64,000 nucleotides of DNA from an uncultured bacterium (GCA_963700155.1 OY969472.1:744690-808689), one strand, 5' to 3'; counted from the stretch's first letter, positions 49,370 through 57,908 are shown. Numbers and translations are program-made. The notes: generated by a model from the sequence alone, not told the origin.

Positions 49370-50026
49370 TTATTCTTTTTCTATGAGTGTTTTTTTGTTT
49401 TCTTTAGAACTGTTCACTTCTTTACTTACCTTGTAAGAAACCATTTCTTTGGAAGGGTAAGGTTTGAGCATACTTTTTAAAGTGTCGAGATCTTTAATTT
49501 CTGAATTCAGCCAGACTTCTTCGAACTTTTTAGGTAAAATAACAGGCATTCGATCATGAACTTGCTTTACTAAACTATTTGCCGCACAAGTAATGATTGT
49601 AAAAGTTCTTATGTTTGCTCCTTTTTCATTCTTCCAATCATCATAAATACCTGCAAAAGAGAAAATATCTCTGTCCTTCAATCTAAATAAGTAAGGTTGT
49701 CTACTCTTTCCTTCTTTTGCCCATTCATAAAAGAAACTTGCAGGAATCAAACATCTTTTATTAAATAAACTGAGTCTATAAGAAGGTTTTGTTTCTATTT
49801 CCTCTGCTCTAGCATTTATCATTTTAAAACCAATCTTTGAATCCTTTGCCCAATGCGGAATAAATCCCCACTGCATAAATTCAAGATCAATTTTATCTTT
49901 CATAATTACAACAGGAACTTTCTTTGAAGGCGCAATGTTATAGTCATCTTGAACAAGTAAATCTATTGGCAGATTATAATATTTACTTAAACCATTTTCT
50001 GTTACTAATCCGAATCGTCCGCACAT
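49370..50026 (-). CDS. SOS response-associated peptidase (SRAP/YedK/HMCES)
   Basis: MCGRF N-terminus, YNIAP, INARAE, FYEW, HDRMPVIL. Confidence 0.96.
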   Translation of the reverse strand: MCGRFGLVTENGLSKYYNLPIDLLVQDDYNIAPSKKVPVVIMKDKIDLEFMQWGFIPHWAKDSKIGFKMINARAEEIETKPSYRLSLFNKRCLIPASFFYEWAKEGKSRQPYLFRLKDRDIFSFAGIYDDWKNEKGANIRTFTIITCAANSLVKQVHDRMPVILPKKFEEVWLNSEIKDLDTLKSMLKPYPSKEMVSYKVSKEVNSSKENKKTLIEKE

Positions 50027-50063
50027 ATTAAAAATTTTTATATAATTTATTTTAACATTTCAT

Positions 50064-51371
50064 TTAGATCTTTATTTTTAACAATTCCTGCCAGCTTGTT
50101 GTAAATCTCTGAGATTTTCTTTCTTGTTTCATCATCCAATTTTTTCTCATCCCCTGACTACCCATCTTTATAGTATTACTTCCCCACTTTAAATTAATCT
50201 TATCAAAAACATTCATTATTTTAGTTTCCCGCTTATCTATTGCTTCTTCTAAAATTGGACTAGTAAATAAATGTAATTGTTTGTGACTCTGTGGCTCTAT
50301 TCCAGATAACATTACTCCTGCCCTTTTAAACTTATATCCATCTTTAAAAATAGTTTTTAAACCATGCAAAGCAGCTTTAGTTAGTGTCGGTAAATATGAG
50401 CTTGGCGGATCAAGTTCAAGTGTTATTGAATTATAATATTGAGGATCTTTTTGATTAAAAAGACTTGTATGAATAAATATTGTTACTAATTTTGCTAAGG
50501 AGTTTTGTTCTCTGAGTTTTTCACTTGCGATTGATACATAAAGTGAAATAGCTTCAATTAAGTCTGCTATTTTGGTGACGGGGATTCCGAATGATCTTGT
50601 ACTTGCAATAATTTTTTTAGGTTCTGGTGCATTATCTATTGGAATACAGGAAATACCATGTAATTCCAAGTATGTTCTTTCTCCTTGAACTGTCATTTTT
50701 TTTCTTACGACATATCTATTAAAATACTTAAAATCTTTTGCAGTATATATTCCATTCATTCTTAAAAATTTAGTGTATTGACGTCCAACACCCCAAATAT
50801 CTTCAACATCTACTTTCTTAAGATAATCATCAATATTATTAATTTCAAATTCATTCAGTACACCATTGAATTCAGGAGTTTTTTTTACAATTTTATTCAA
50901 AGCCTTTGCTAAAGTTTTTGTTGATGCAATTCCGATTGAAATTGGAATACCTGTGCTCTGAAATACTTTCTCTCTTATTTTTCTACAATATTCTGTAAGA
51001 TTATTTATCTTAAGGTTTGTGAAGTTTAGGAAGGCTTCATCTATAGAATAAAGTTCTATATCGGGTGTGAACTCGTTTAAAATTCCCATTACACGCATTG
51101 AGAGATCTGCATACAAAGTGAAGTTAGATGAATAAACAAATACCATTCCGCTATTGATAAGATTTTTGAGTTCGAAAAAAGGCTGACCCATTTTGATTCC
51201 TAATTTTTTAGCTTCGTTTGATCTTGCAATTACACATCCGTCATTATTTGAAAGAACAATAACAGGTTTCCCATTGAGTTTGGGGTTAAAAAGCCTTTCA
51301 CATGAGGCGTAAAAATTGTTGCAGTCAACAATAGCGAATATTTTTTTCTTTGAATAATTTGAGAGGTCCAT
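50064..51371 (-). CDS. umuC: Y-family DNA polymerase V subunit UmuC
   Basis: VDCNNFYASCE, VLSNNDGC, YSIDEAF, C-terminal W.MKQ..S..FTT.W. Confidence 0.93.
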   Translation of the reverse strand: MDLSNYSKKKIFAIVDCNNFYASCERLFNPKLNGKPVIVLSNNDGCVIARSNEAKKLGIKMGQPFFELKNLINSGMVFVYSSNFTLYADLSMRVMGILNEFTPDIELYSIDEAFLNFTNLKINNLTEYCRKIREKVFQSTGIPISIGIASTKTLAKALNKIVKKTPEFNGVLNEFEINNIDDYLKKVDVEDIWGVGRQYTKFLRMNGIYTAKDFKYFNRYVVRKKMTVQGERTYLELHGISCIPIDNAPEPKKIIASTRSFGIPVTKIADLIEAISLYVSIASEKLREQNSLAKLVTIFIHTSLFNQKDPQYYNSITLELDPPSSYLPTLTKAALHGLKTIFKDGYKFKRAGVMLSGIEPQSHKQLHLFTSPILEEAIDKRETKIMNVFDKINLKWGSNTIKMGSQGMRKNWMMKQERKSQRFTTSWQELLKIKI

Positions 51372-51436
51372 TAATTAAAGGATAGTCGAAGGGTTACTGG
51401 TTTAGTCAAGTTATAAATGAAGGAATATGGTGATAA

Positions 51437-51535
51437 ATGTCAAAGTATCCAGAATCGAAGAATTTTATTTTAGTATTGAATGAATTGGATAAGAGAGTAA
51501 GAAGATTACCTAATTGTAAAATCCCATCTAACTAA
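51437..51535 (+). repeat. Copy 1 of repeated coding motif (MSKYPESKNFILVLNELDKRVRRLP...)
   Basis: Homologous in DNA and protein to 53721-53816. Confidence 0.7.
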
Positions 51536-51701
51536 TAACCTCAGATCCATGGGGACCTTTGATGGCTAACTTTATATGGATCCCCCCTTTTGGACACTCC
51601 GTCAGGATGATGTCGTAGTACGTATCGTACCTTTCAGCAAAGAAGTTCATAACTCTCTGTGACACTGATGAGATCACTTCAAAAGCGTCTTTCAGTTGCA
51701 T
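51528..51701 (-). CDS. Small hypothetical protein, 57 aa (not in ORF track)
   Basis: MQLKDAFEVISSVSQRVMNFFAERYDTYYDIILTECPKGGIHIKLAIKGPHGSEVIS; SD GGGGTGA. Confidence 0.55.
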   Translation of the reverse strand: MQLKDAFEVISSVSQRVMNFFAERYDTYYDIILTECPKGGIHIKLAIKGPHGSEVIS

Positions 51702-51850
51702 TTTTCACCCCTACATTATGCATTCGCGTTAACGATAGAGGATTATACTAGATTTGAGGGGGATTGTTAGTTTTAATAGGTTAGGATCTCCCTATGTATA
51801 CTTGTTAATAACTATATACCAGTGATATAATATATTGTGAAGCATATTCC

Positions 51851-52252
51851 ATGGAGGAAGTTAAAATGTTGAACTGGCTGATTAAGTATTTTGCGGTAAA
51901 GACAAAGTCTTTTGACAAGTTCATGAGCTTTGTCGGAACAGATCGCCCTAAGGAAATCAAGGCGATTCCGGTTGAGTATGTAGATAAACCCCTGCCCTTA
52001 AACGGCGCAGGTTTGATCGGCGATGGGGGACACGGGTTGATGATGCAATTCGTGAACTCCGATGGGCGAAAGGTACAGTTCTGGGAGCGATTCAAAGGGA
52101 GAGAGGTGATTTCACACCGAGGACTCGTCACTCCGTCGTCTGCGGCAAGGTGGGAGTCTTTTACTGAGACGGAAATCGAAGAGAAGTTTGATCTCCTCCG
52201 ACAGAAGTTTCCGCGGTTGGTCACTCGAATGGTGACTACCGACGAACTCTGA
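51851..52252 (+). CDS. Hypothetical protein (probable start ATG 51866 after GGAGG)
   Basis: TGATATAAT promoter, SD, 3' hairpin at 52265-52291. Confidence 0.7.
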   Translation: MEEVKMLNWLIKYFAVKTKSFDKFMSFVGTDRPKEIKAIPVEYVDKPLPLNGAGLIGDGGHGLMMQFVNSDGRKVQFWERFKGREVISHRGLVTPSSAARWESFTETEIEEKFDLLRQKFPRLVTRMVTTDEL

Positions 52253-52264
52253 AGAATATGCTGA

Positions 52265-52291
52265 GCAGAGGGCAGTTATACTGCCCTCTGC
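52265..52291. terminator. Perfect hairpin
   Basis: GCAGAGGGCAGT-TAT-ACTGCCCTCTGC; no U-tract on the + strand. Confidence 0.6.
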
Positions 52292-52388
52292 AAAGCGAAA
52301 CTTCAATAATGAAATTTAAATTTTGTGTTGAATAATATCATTTAGGGTCAGAACAGGTCTGTTCTTTTTAATAATCACCTCTTAAATT

Positions 52389-52675
52389 ATGAGTAATAAT
52401 AAAGATTTATCTGGTGTGTCTGTAGATATAGGTGAAGGATTGCTTACTATTTCTGAATTAGTCTCTTCAGATAAACTGGCAAATTCCATGGTATTGTAGA
52501 TCTTCAAGAATTTAATTCTATTGCATTTAAATATGATGATTGAGGTATTGAAATTAGAAACATTAATGGAATTAATTATGTTTTTTACTCTAGTTCTAGT
52601 TCATGATTTACGTGATTTGTAATATTTTTAGATAAGAGAATTAGAAGAATTCCTTTAAAGAATCTTAAGGGTTGA
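52389..52675 (+). pseudogene. Degraded gene ending in copy 2 of the repeated motif (FLDKRIRRIP)
   Basis: ATG 52389, apparent frameshift and several TGA; terminal FVIFLDKRIRRIPLKNLKG* at 52616-52675. Confidence 0.45.
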
Positions 52676-53179
52676 AAATTCTTTTTCTATAATCCATTTA
52701 TGATCATCTTCGTTTTCAAGTTTTTTGAGAATAGTAATGTTGTCAAATGGTAATGTGAATTTTTCTTTTTCGAATTGGTTTAAATAATTTTCAATATCTT
52801 CAATTTGCTCAGGTTTTGCACGTATGGTTATTGTTAAATGAAAATTTCTATCTGGTAAATCAAATTCATCCCATTGAAGCCAATCTATTTCCTTTAATAT
52901 TTTGAAAAATTTGAGATAGATTGTTTTAGTTCTATCATTTAATTTGACATCAAGGAAAAAAACTCGTTGTCTAAAGTTGCCAATTCCACCAATTTCTACC
53001 TCTGCTCCTTCGAAATTAGTTTCTTTTACAAACTTTTCAATGAGTGCTTCAATCGGTTTGATGTTATCAGTGTAAATATTATCTTTTAAAGTTATATGGC
53101 TTGGTGTTTGAATTGCGAAGATACTAAACTTTTCTGAAACTTTACCTTTAACTCGAAACCCGATTATGAATCGTTCCAT
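52655..53179 (-). CDS. 2H phosphoesterase (2'-5' RNA ligase family)
   Basis: Two HxT motifs: SHITL and FHLTI. Confidence 0.85.
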   Translation of the reverse strand: MERFIIGFRVKGKVSEKFSIFAIQTPSHITLKDNIYTDNIKPIEALIEKFVKETNFEGAEVEIGGIGNFRQRVFFLDVKLNDRTKTIYLKFFKILKEIDWLQWDEFDLPDRNFHLTITIRAKPEQIEDIENYLNQFEKEKFTLPFDNITILKKLENEDDHKWIIEKEFSTLKIL

Positions 53180-53190
53180 AATTATTATAT

Positions 53191-53688
53191 TTAAACACTA
53201 GAAATATTCTTTAACATGGTTATTTCATAATCATTAAACCCTATATCTTTATACAGTTTGGTTGCAGTATTGTTTGAAAGGACGGTTAATTTTAAGTATT
53301 TGATATTATGTTGTCTTGCAAATTCTTGAGCTTTGGTTAATAGTAGTTTTCCGATTCCTTTATTTCTAAAATCTTTAGTGACGATTATATCTGAAATAAA
53401 AACAACAGGAATCTTATTGAACATCTGGATATAGTTTTTGATATCAATATTAAATGCTATGAAGCCTATTATCTGATTATCCAATTCTGCTACATAAATT
53501 TCTCCTCTATCCTCATTTAAAGGGGTAATAATTTCTTTGAAGGTAGCTTCTTGAGCTTCGTGATTGGTTTTTAGATCATTGTCTAATTTATTCTCGTGTT
53601 CTTTTAATTCTTGAATCAGTTTTCTTACTGAGTTTTCATCTAGATCTTGATAAGGTCGTATTAAAATATTCATGGAATAATTATACAT
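53191..53688 (-). CDS. GNAT family acetyltransferase
   Basis: FRNKGIGKLLL, NNTATKLYKDIGF. Confidence 0.92.
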   Translation of the reverse strand: MYNYSMNILIRPYQDLDENSVRKLIQELKEHENKLDNDLKTNHEAQEATFKEIITPLNEDRGEIYVAELDNQIIGFIAFNIDIKNYIQMFNKIPVVFISDIIVTKDFRNKGIGKLLLTKAQEFARQHNIKYLKLTVLSNNTATKLYKDIGFNDYEITMLKNISSV

Positions 53689-53720
53689 CGACTTGTTGAA
53701 ATGGGTAATAATGGTACGAG

Positions 53721-53816
53721 ATGTCGAAGTATCCGGAACCGAGAAATTTGGTTTTAGTATTAAAAGATTTAAATAAGGAAATTAGAAGAGTTCCAATTTC
53801 AAATTTTGCACAATAA
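53721..53816 (+). repeat. Copy 3 of repeated coding motif (MSKYPEPRNLVLVLKDLNKEIRRVP...)
   Basis: Homologous to 51437-51535 and 54317-54451. Confidence 0.7.
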
Positions 53817-53818
53817 GT

Positions 53819-54259
53819 TTAAGCAGCAGTCATTTCTCTGATATATTCAACAAATTCTAAGTTACGATAGAACCTTGTATCAGAATGTGTTGCATTCAAC
53901 TGAGTTGCTAGTTCCAGGGCATTTTGAAAATCATCTGAAAGACCAGTTAAAGTATATTTATCTGGATATTTAGCAGCTAGAGCAATTATTACATGCGCTA
54001 GTAAATATATATCTTGATATGCTGTAATTAAACCTTCCTGTCCTGTTGATTCCATTATACTGTTTTGTCCAAATATAGTAGCTATAATTACTGATATATC
54101 TTCTTTATGTAGAATCTTCGCTAAGTATGGATCTAAAGATAAAATTTCAATTACAGAAGTAACAAGTTTATTAATTAATATTTTTTTCTCAGGATTTCTT
54201 ATAAGGGTTCTTATAGCTGCCATAAGATCTTGATCTGAAAAATCTGCAAATTCGTTCAT
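53819..54259 (-). CDS. Hypothetical protein
   Basis: ORF; no family recognised. Confidence 0.6.
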   Translation of the reverse strand: MNEFADFSDQDLMAAIRTLIRNPEKKILINKLVTSVIEILSLDPYLAKILHKEDISVIIATIFGQNSIMESTGQEGLITAYQDIYLLAHVIIALAAKYPDKYTLTGLSDDFQNALELATQLNATHSDTRFYRNLEFVEYIREMTAA

Positions 54260-54316
54260 AATAAATAGTAAAAATATTTAGATTTTGTGGATTATACTAT
54301 TGGGGGAATTTATTAG

Positions 54317-54451
54317 CAAGTTTCATATGGTGAGACGGGGTTCTTTACCCAGAAGCCTACTTTAACTTCTAGAAACGAATTTAATCTCGTTTTTGTAATT
54401 CCTGATATTGACAAGCAAATTAGGAGGGTTCCGATGAGGAAAATATTTTAA
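54317..54451 (+). repeat. Copy 4 of repeated coding motif (..NLVFVIPDIDKQIRRVPMRKIF*)
   Basis: Open frame without an ATG start before the motif; protein-level match to copies 1-3. Confidence 0.65.
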
Positions 54452-54520
54452 GTGTTGCAGGGCTCCTCCATTTTCCCGCAACAACTATAAGATTAATGCG
54501 GTGGGCGGAGCCCTTTGCAG

Positions 54521-54763
54521 TCAAGACTTCAAGAGCTTTTTGAGTTCTTCATGTGCTTGCTTGCGCTCGGTTTCAGTATCCCCGTGCTCTGATAGAAAAA
54601 CGAGGATACGGATACGATTGTTCCAATAGAGATTTTTGCTAAGATTCTGGATATTGCCAGCTATCCCCAGCACTATCCATAGAATAATGACGAGAGCTAT
54701 AGCTATTGTTGCAGCATCAGCTGGGTGCTGAACTGCAAATTGTAACAGTATCATTGCAACCAC
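54521..54763 (-). CDS. Small membrane protein
   Basis: One TM; GAGGT SD (likely start at internal ATG 54754); imperfect stem-loop at 54456-54519. Confidence 0.6.
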   Translation of the reverse strand: MVAMILLQFAVQHPADAATIAIALVIILWIVLGIAGNIQNLSKNLYWNNRIRILVFLSEHGDTETERKQAHEELKKLLKS

Positions 54764-54861
54764 CTCTCATTTTTAACCGATTGATATTATTATATCATGA
54801 ATATATAAGGTATAGCTACACTCCAATCGAGGGTTGTAATTATTCTCGGTACTAATAAAAG

Positions 54862-54934
54862 TGCCAGGGGGCAGACTCGGACTGCCGACACCTCGCTCTT
54901 CAGGCGAGTGCTCTACCAGCTGAGCTACCCTAGC
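54862..54934 (-). tRNA. tRNA-Phe (GAA)
   Basis: CTCGC-CT GAA GA-GCGAG anticodon arm; atypical T-loop TCCGAGT. Confidence 0.93.
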
Positions 54935-54968
54935 ACAATGAAAGTTACTGGTACTTTAAGTTTTTAAA

Positions 54969-55063
54969 GCTCTACTCCCACAACGGGACTAAGATCTTCT
55001 TTTGCTCGACTTCACTTGGTTTGTCTTGCAAAGAATCTCTCGAGCAGCTTCGCTACCCTAGCA
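54969..55063 (-). repeat. Duplicated 5' fragment of tRNA-Phe interrupted by the same 69-nt D-loop element
   Basis: TGCTAGGGTAGCGAAGCTG (55063-55045) + insert (55044-54976) + GTAGAGC (54975-54969). Confidence 0.9.
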
Positions 55064-55080
55064 TAAAAGTGAGCAGGATA

Positions 55081-55109
55081 ATTATAAATGATGAAGCACT
55101 AAACAGCAA
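55081..55109 (-). promoter_or_regulatory. Probable tRNA-Phe promoter, upstream of the fragment copy
   Basis: TTGCTG-17-TATAAT. Confidence 0.65.
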
Positions 55110-55118
55110 GGCTTTATC

Positions 55119-55379
55119 TTACCCTTCATAAGGATTATCTCCATACATAAAATGTAACATAGTATCATCTTCACTTGGGGGATTCTGTAGCAATTCTTCA
55201 ATAAGTTTTTTCCCTTCTTGTGGTTTTAGATCAGTAGGTAATTCATTTGGTGCTCTTTCAGATATTATGTAATCTAAAAGCTCTTGCTCTTCTCTATCAG
55301 TTAAAGGGTCTCCTCTTTCAGCTTTATCCAATAATTTTTGAATTCTATTTTCCGGTATAAGATCTATCTGATCACTCAT
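55119..55379 (-). CDS. Small acidic hypothetical protein
   Basis: LTDREEQELLDYI motif, similar to 35077..35319. Confidence 0.55.
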   Translation of the reverse strand: MSDQIDLIPENRIQKLLDKAERGDPLTDREEQELLDYIISERAPNELPTDLKPQEGKKLIEELLQNPPSEDDTMLHFMYGDNPYEG

Positions 55380-55468
55380 AAGAATTTTTTAAAAACTATA
55401 ACTCTTGAGTATAACATGAAGAAAATTTCTATTTAAAGTTTAATAATAAAAGGTTTACTCGTGATAAT

Positions 55469-56191
55469 ATGTTCTTTATGATTTCTGCTGAAAAACTGAA
55501 CGAAATACAAAAATTATTAAAACGCGACTATCCTATAGTACAAACTCCTTTGTATCATACAACAGTTTTTCAGCTTCTTGTAGCTACAATGTTATCAGCT
55601 CAAACTCTTGATGCAACTGTAAATACAGTAACTCCAACTCTTTTTGAAAATTTTCCAACAGCAAAAATAATGTCTAAAGCAGATGTTAAAGACGTTGATA
55701 AAATTATTAACAAATTGAATTATCATAATACAAAAGCTAAAAATATTGTTGCGATGTCAAATGGAATACTTAAAGATTTTAAAGGAGTTATTCCATATAC
55801 AATTGAAGATTTAACAAAACTTCCAGGTGTGGGAAGGAAAACTGCAAATGTAGTTATCGCTGAATGGTATGCTAGGAGATTGAAAGACAGGGGCCACCCG
55901 TGGCCGGGTGGCCCCAAAACCAAATTCTTTATGAATGGTGATGAAAGATTAACGATGGCTGAAGGATTTGTAGTTGATACACATGTTATTCGAGTCTCAA
56001 ATAGATTAGGACTAACAAAGAATAAGGATCCTAAAAAGATAGAGCAAGATTTAATGAAGATTTTTCCTCAAGAAGAATGGACCGATATAAGTTTAAGAAT
56101 GATTTTCCATGGCAGAAACAGATGTAAAGCTAGGCAAAATTTATGTTGTGAAGATAAAGATTGGAAAAAACTATGTTTAGAATGTAAATAA
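55469..56191 (+). CDS. nth: Endonuclease III
   Basis: FQLLVATMLSAQT, LPGVGRKTANV HhH, VDTHV; Cys-rich tail. Confidence 0.93.
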   Translation: MFFMISAEKLNEIQKLLKRDYPIVQTPLYHTTVFQLLVATMLSAQTLDATVNTVTPTLFENFPTAKIMSKADVKDVDKIINKLNYHNTKAKNIVAMSNGILKDFKGVIPYTIEDLTKLPGVGRKTANVVIAEWYARRLKDRGHPWPGGPKTKFFMNGDERLTMAEGFVVDTHVIRVSNRLGLTKNKDPKKIEQDLMKIFPQEEWTDISLRMIFHGRNRCKARQNLCCEDKDWKKLCLECK

Positions 56192-56197
56192 TACTAG

Positions 56198-57364
56198 TTA
56201 CTGTTGTAATTCTTCAATTATCATATTGAGATAATCAAAAGATTCTTCTTTCAATTTCAAGTGCTCTTTATCGAATATATCCATTTCTTCAATTATCTTT
56301 CTGAATTCTACTATGGTATGCAATGCTTGTTGGATGTCTTCAGATGAAATAAATTCATTACCCCTGAATTTTCTTATTTCTTTAATCCTTTTAATAATTA
56401 AAACACATAATTTTTGAATTTCTTGATAAACCATAGACATAAAATCACTCGTTTCAGATTTTGTAATTATTTTATTTATATTAAGATGAATTACAATTTT
56501 CTTTTTACCATTTACTATTATTTCTTTGTAGCCGAAGTCATTTAAAGAAAGATTTTCATACACGAAATTTCTGTGGAGTAACGCAATATCTCTGAGTAAC
56601 ACAGTAAACACACTCTCATTTTCGCCATTATTTGTATTGAATAGATTATTGTCAATTGAAAGTAGTTTTATATTCCTTTCAAGTACTGAAAATATATATA
56701 CTTTATCGCGGCTATCGACTGCATGAGTTGTTAATCTAGAAAGTGTGTTTAATCCAATTTTATTTAAGCTCTCGGTTATTGAAATTTCGCGAGCTGCAGC
56801 TTGTTCATTTGTATAAGTCTTGTAATAAATTACTACATAAAAAGGGACCTTATTTTCTCGAATGTTTTCTATATCATAGTATGTAACTTCTGGACTATCA
56901 AAAATATAGTCTATCTCAGCTGGTGATATCATCTTCTCGGAAAATCCTCGAACACTTTGAAGAAGTTTTAAAAATTGTTCCTTTGTAAATCTAAGTTTAA
57001 AATGAGGATCTTCTTCCCTGTATATAATATCTAAAATAACCTTTAATCTGTCTGCAATTTTTTTTCTTTTTGCATTTAGAATCTCTAATGCGAGTCTTTG
57101 AGAATTAGAGATTCTTAAAAGATTTGTTTGAATTTGTTCTGAATTATTCGAATTATAATATCCGGACACTCTAAGTAACCCTACTTCTTTGGCAAAATTT
57201 ATCTGCGAAGTAAGTCTATTCTCTATTGGAGCTATACTAATAGAAAGAGTTGTATTCCCAAGTACTGAAGCAAGTTGTGTTTTTAAAAAATCTATTGAAA
57301 CTTCAGTTGGATTATCACCTTCAATATGTACCTGACTCGAATCAGGAAGATTAGGTTGATTCAT
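56198..57364 (-). CDS. Hypothetical protein, possible degenerate kinase-like fold
   Basis: AAAREISITESLNKIG and DIALLHRNFVYENLS resemble Kdo/Bud32-type kinase elements. Confidence 0.5.
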   Translation of the reverse strand: MNQPNLPDSSQVHIEGDNPTEVSIDFLKTQLASVLGNTTLSISIAPIENRLTSQINFAKEVGLLRVSGYYNSNNSEQIQTNLLRISNSQRLALEILNAKRKKIADRLKVILDIIYREEDPHFKLRFTKEQFLKLLQSVRGFSEKMISPAEIDYIFDSPEVTYYDIENIRENKVPFYVVIYYKTYTNEQAAAREISITESLNKIGLNTLSRLTTHAVDSRDKVYIFSVLERNIKLLSIDNNLFNTNNGENESVFTVLLRDIALLHRNFVYENLSLNDFGYKEIIVNGKKKIVIHLNINKIITKSETSDFMSMVYQEIQKLCVLIIKRIKEIRKFRGNEFISSEDIQQALHTIVEFRKIIEEMDIFDKEHLKLKEESFDYLNMIIEELQQ

Positions 57365-57379
57365 ACTCTAATTCTATGT

Positions 57380-57739
57380 TTACTCTATTATTAAAAATCT
57401 TTGATTATCATAACTAGTATTTCTTGAAACTGCAATTCTGTTGGCTAATTCTTTATTAGTTTTTAATAATTGAGCAAGAGCATCAGGTATTACAACTTCA
57501 GATGCTATAAGAGCTTCTTCGTTTGTCATTTTCTTTTGTTCTGCTTGAAATTCACTTTCAGATAAATATCCTTCTTCAAGGCAAGTATAGTGACCTAATG
57601 CCATATACTCATCAAAATCCTCAGGACTTACGGATGTAAAATGATCTGCTCCTATAATTCCTAAAATATTTTCTTTTAATTCTTGGTCCAATTCATTTAC
57701 TTCACTTACATTTTCTTGGAAAGTTGGCATTGCTACCAT
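57380..57739 (-). CDS. Acidic hypothetical protein
   Basis: ORF only. Confidence 0.55.
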   Translation of the reverse strand: MVAMPTFQENVSEVNELDQELKENILGIIGADHFTSVSPEDFDEYMALGHYTCLEEGYLSESEFQAEQKKMTNEEALIASEVVIPDALAQLLKTNKELANRIAVSRNTSYDNQRFLIIE

Positions 57740-57908
57740 AATTGTTATTTTAATAATTTATATAACTCTATTTATAGTATAGAGATATATAATTTTAGCT
57801 CAAAAATAACAAATTTTCCAGTCAGTTTTTATTGACAGCCTACATTAACTTTTAATATGTGTAATGAAATTCGATGTCTATATCTTTTGTCAAATACTTT
57901 GGCGCAAC

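Noticed and set aside
52351-52364. GAACAGGTCTGTTC palindrome as a LexA box
   Set aside because: Spacing is GAAC-N6-GTTC, not the Gram-positive N4, and it is not upstream of umuC or uvrB
51437-54451. Integron attC interpretation of the repeated motif
   Set aside because: No RYYYAAC/GTTRRRY palindromic cores and no integron integrase; conservation is at the codon level
46900-54862. Integrative element or prophage at tRNA-Phe
   Set aside because: No integrase, phage genes or direct repeat of the tRNA-Phe 3' end found; only a variable region can be claimed
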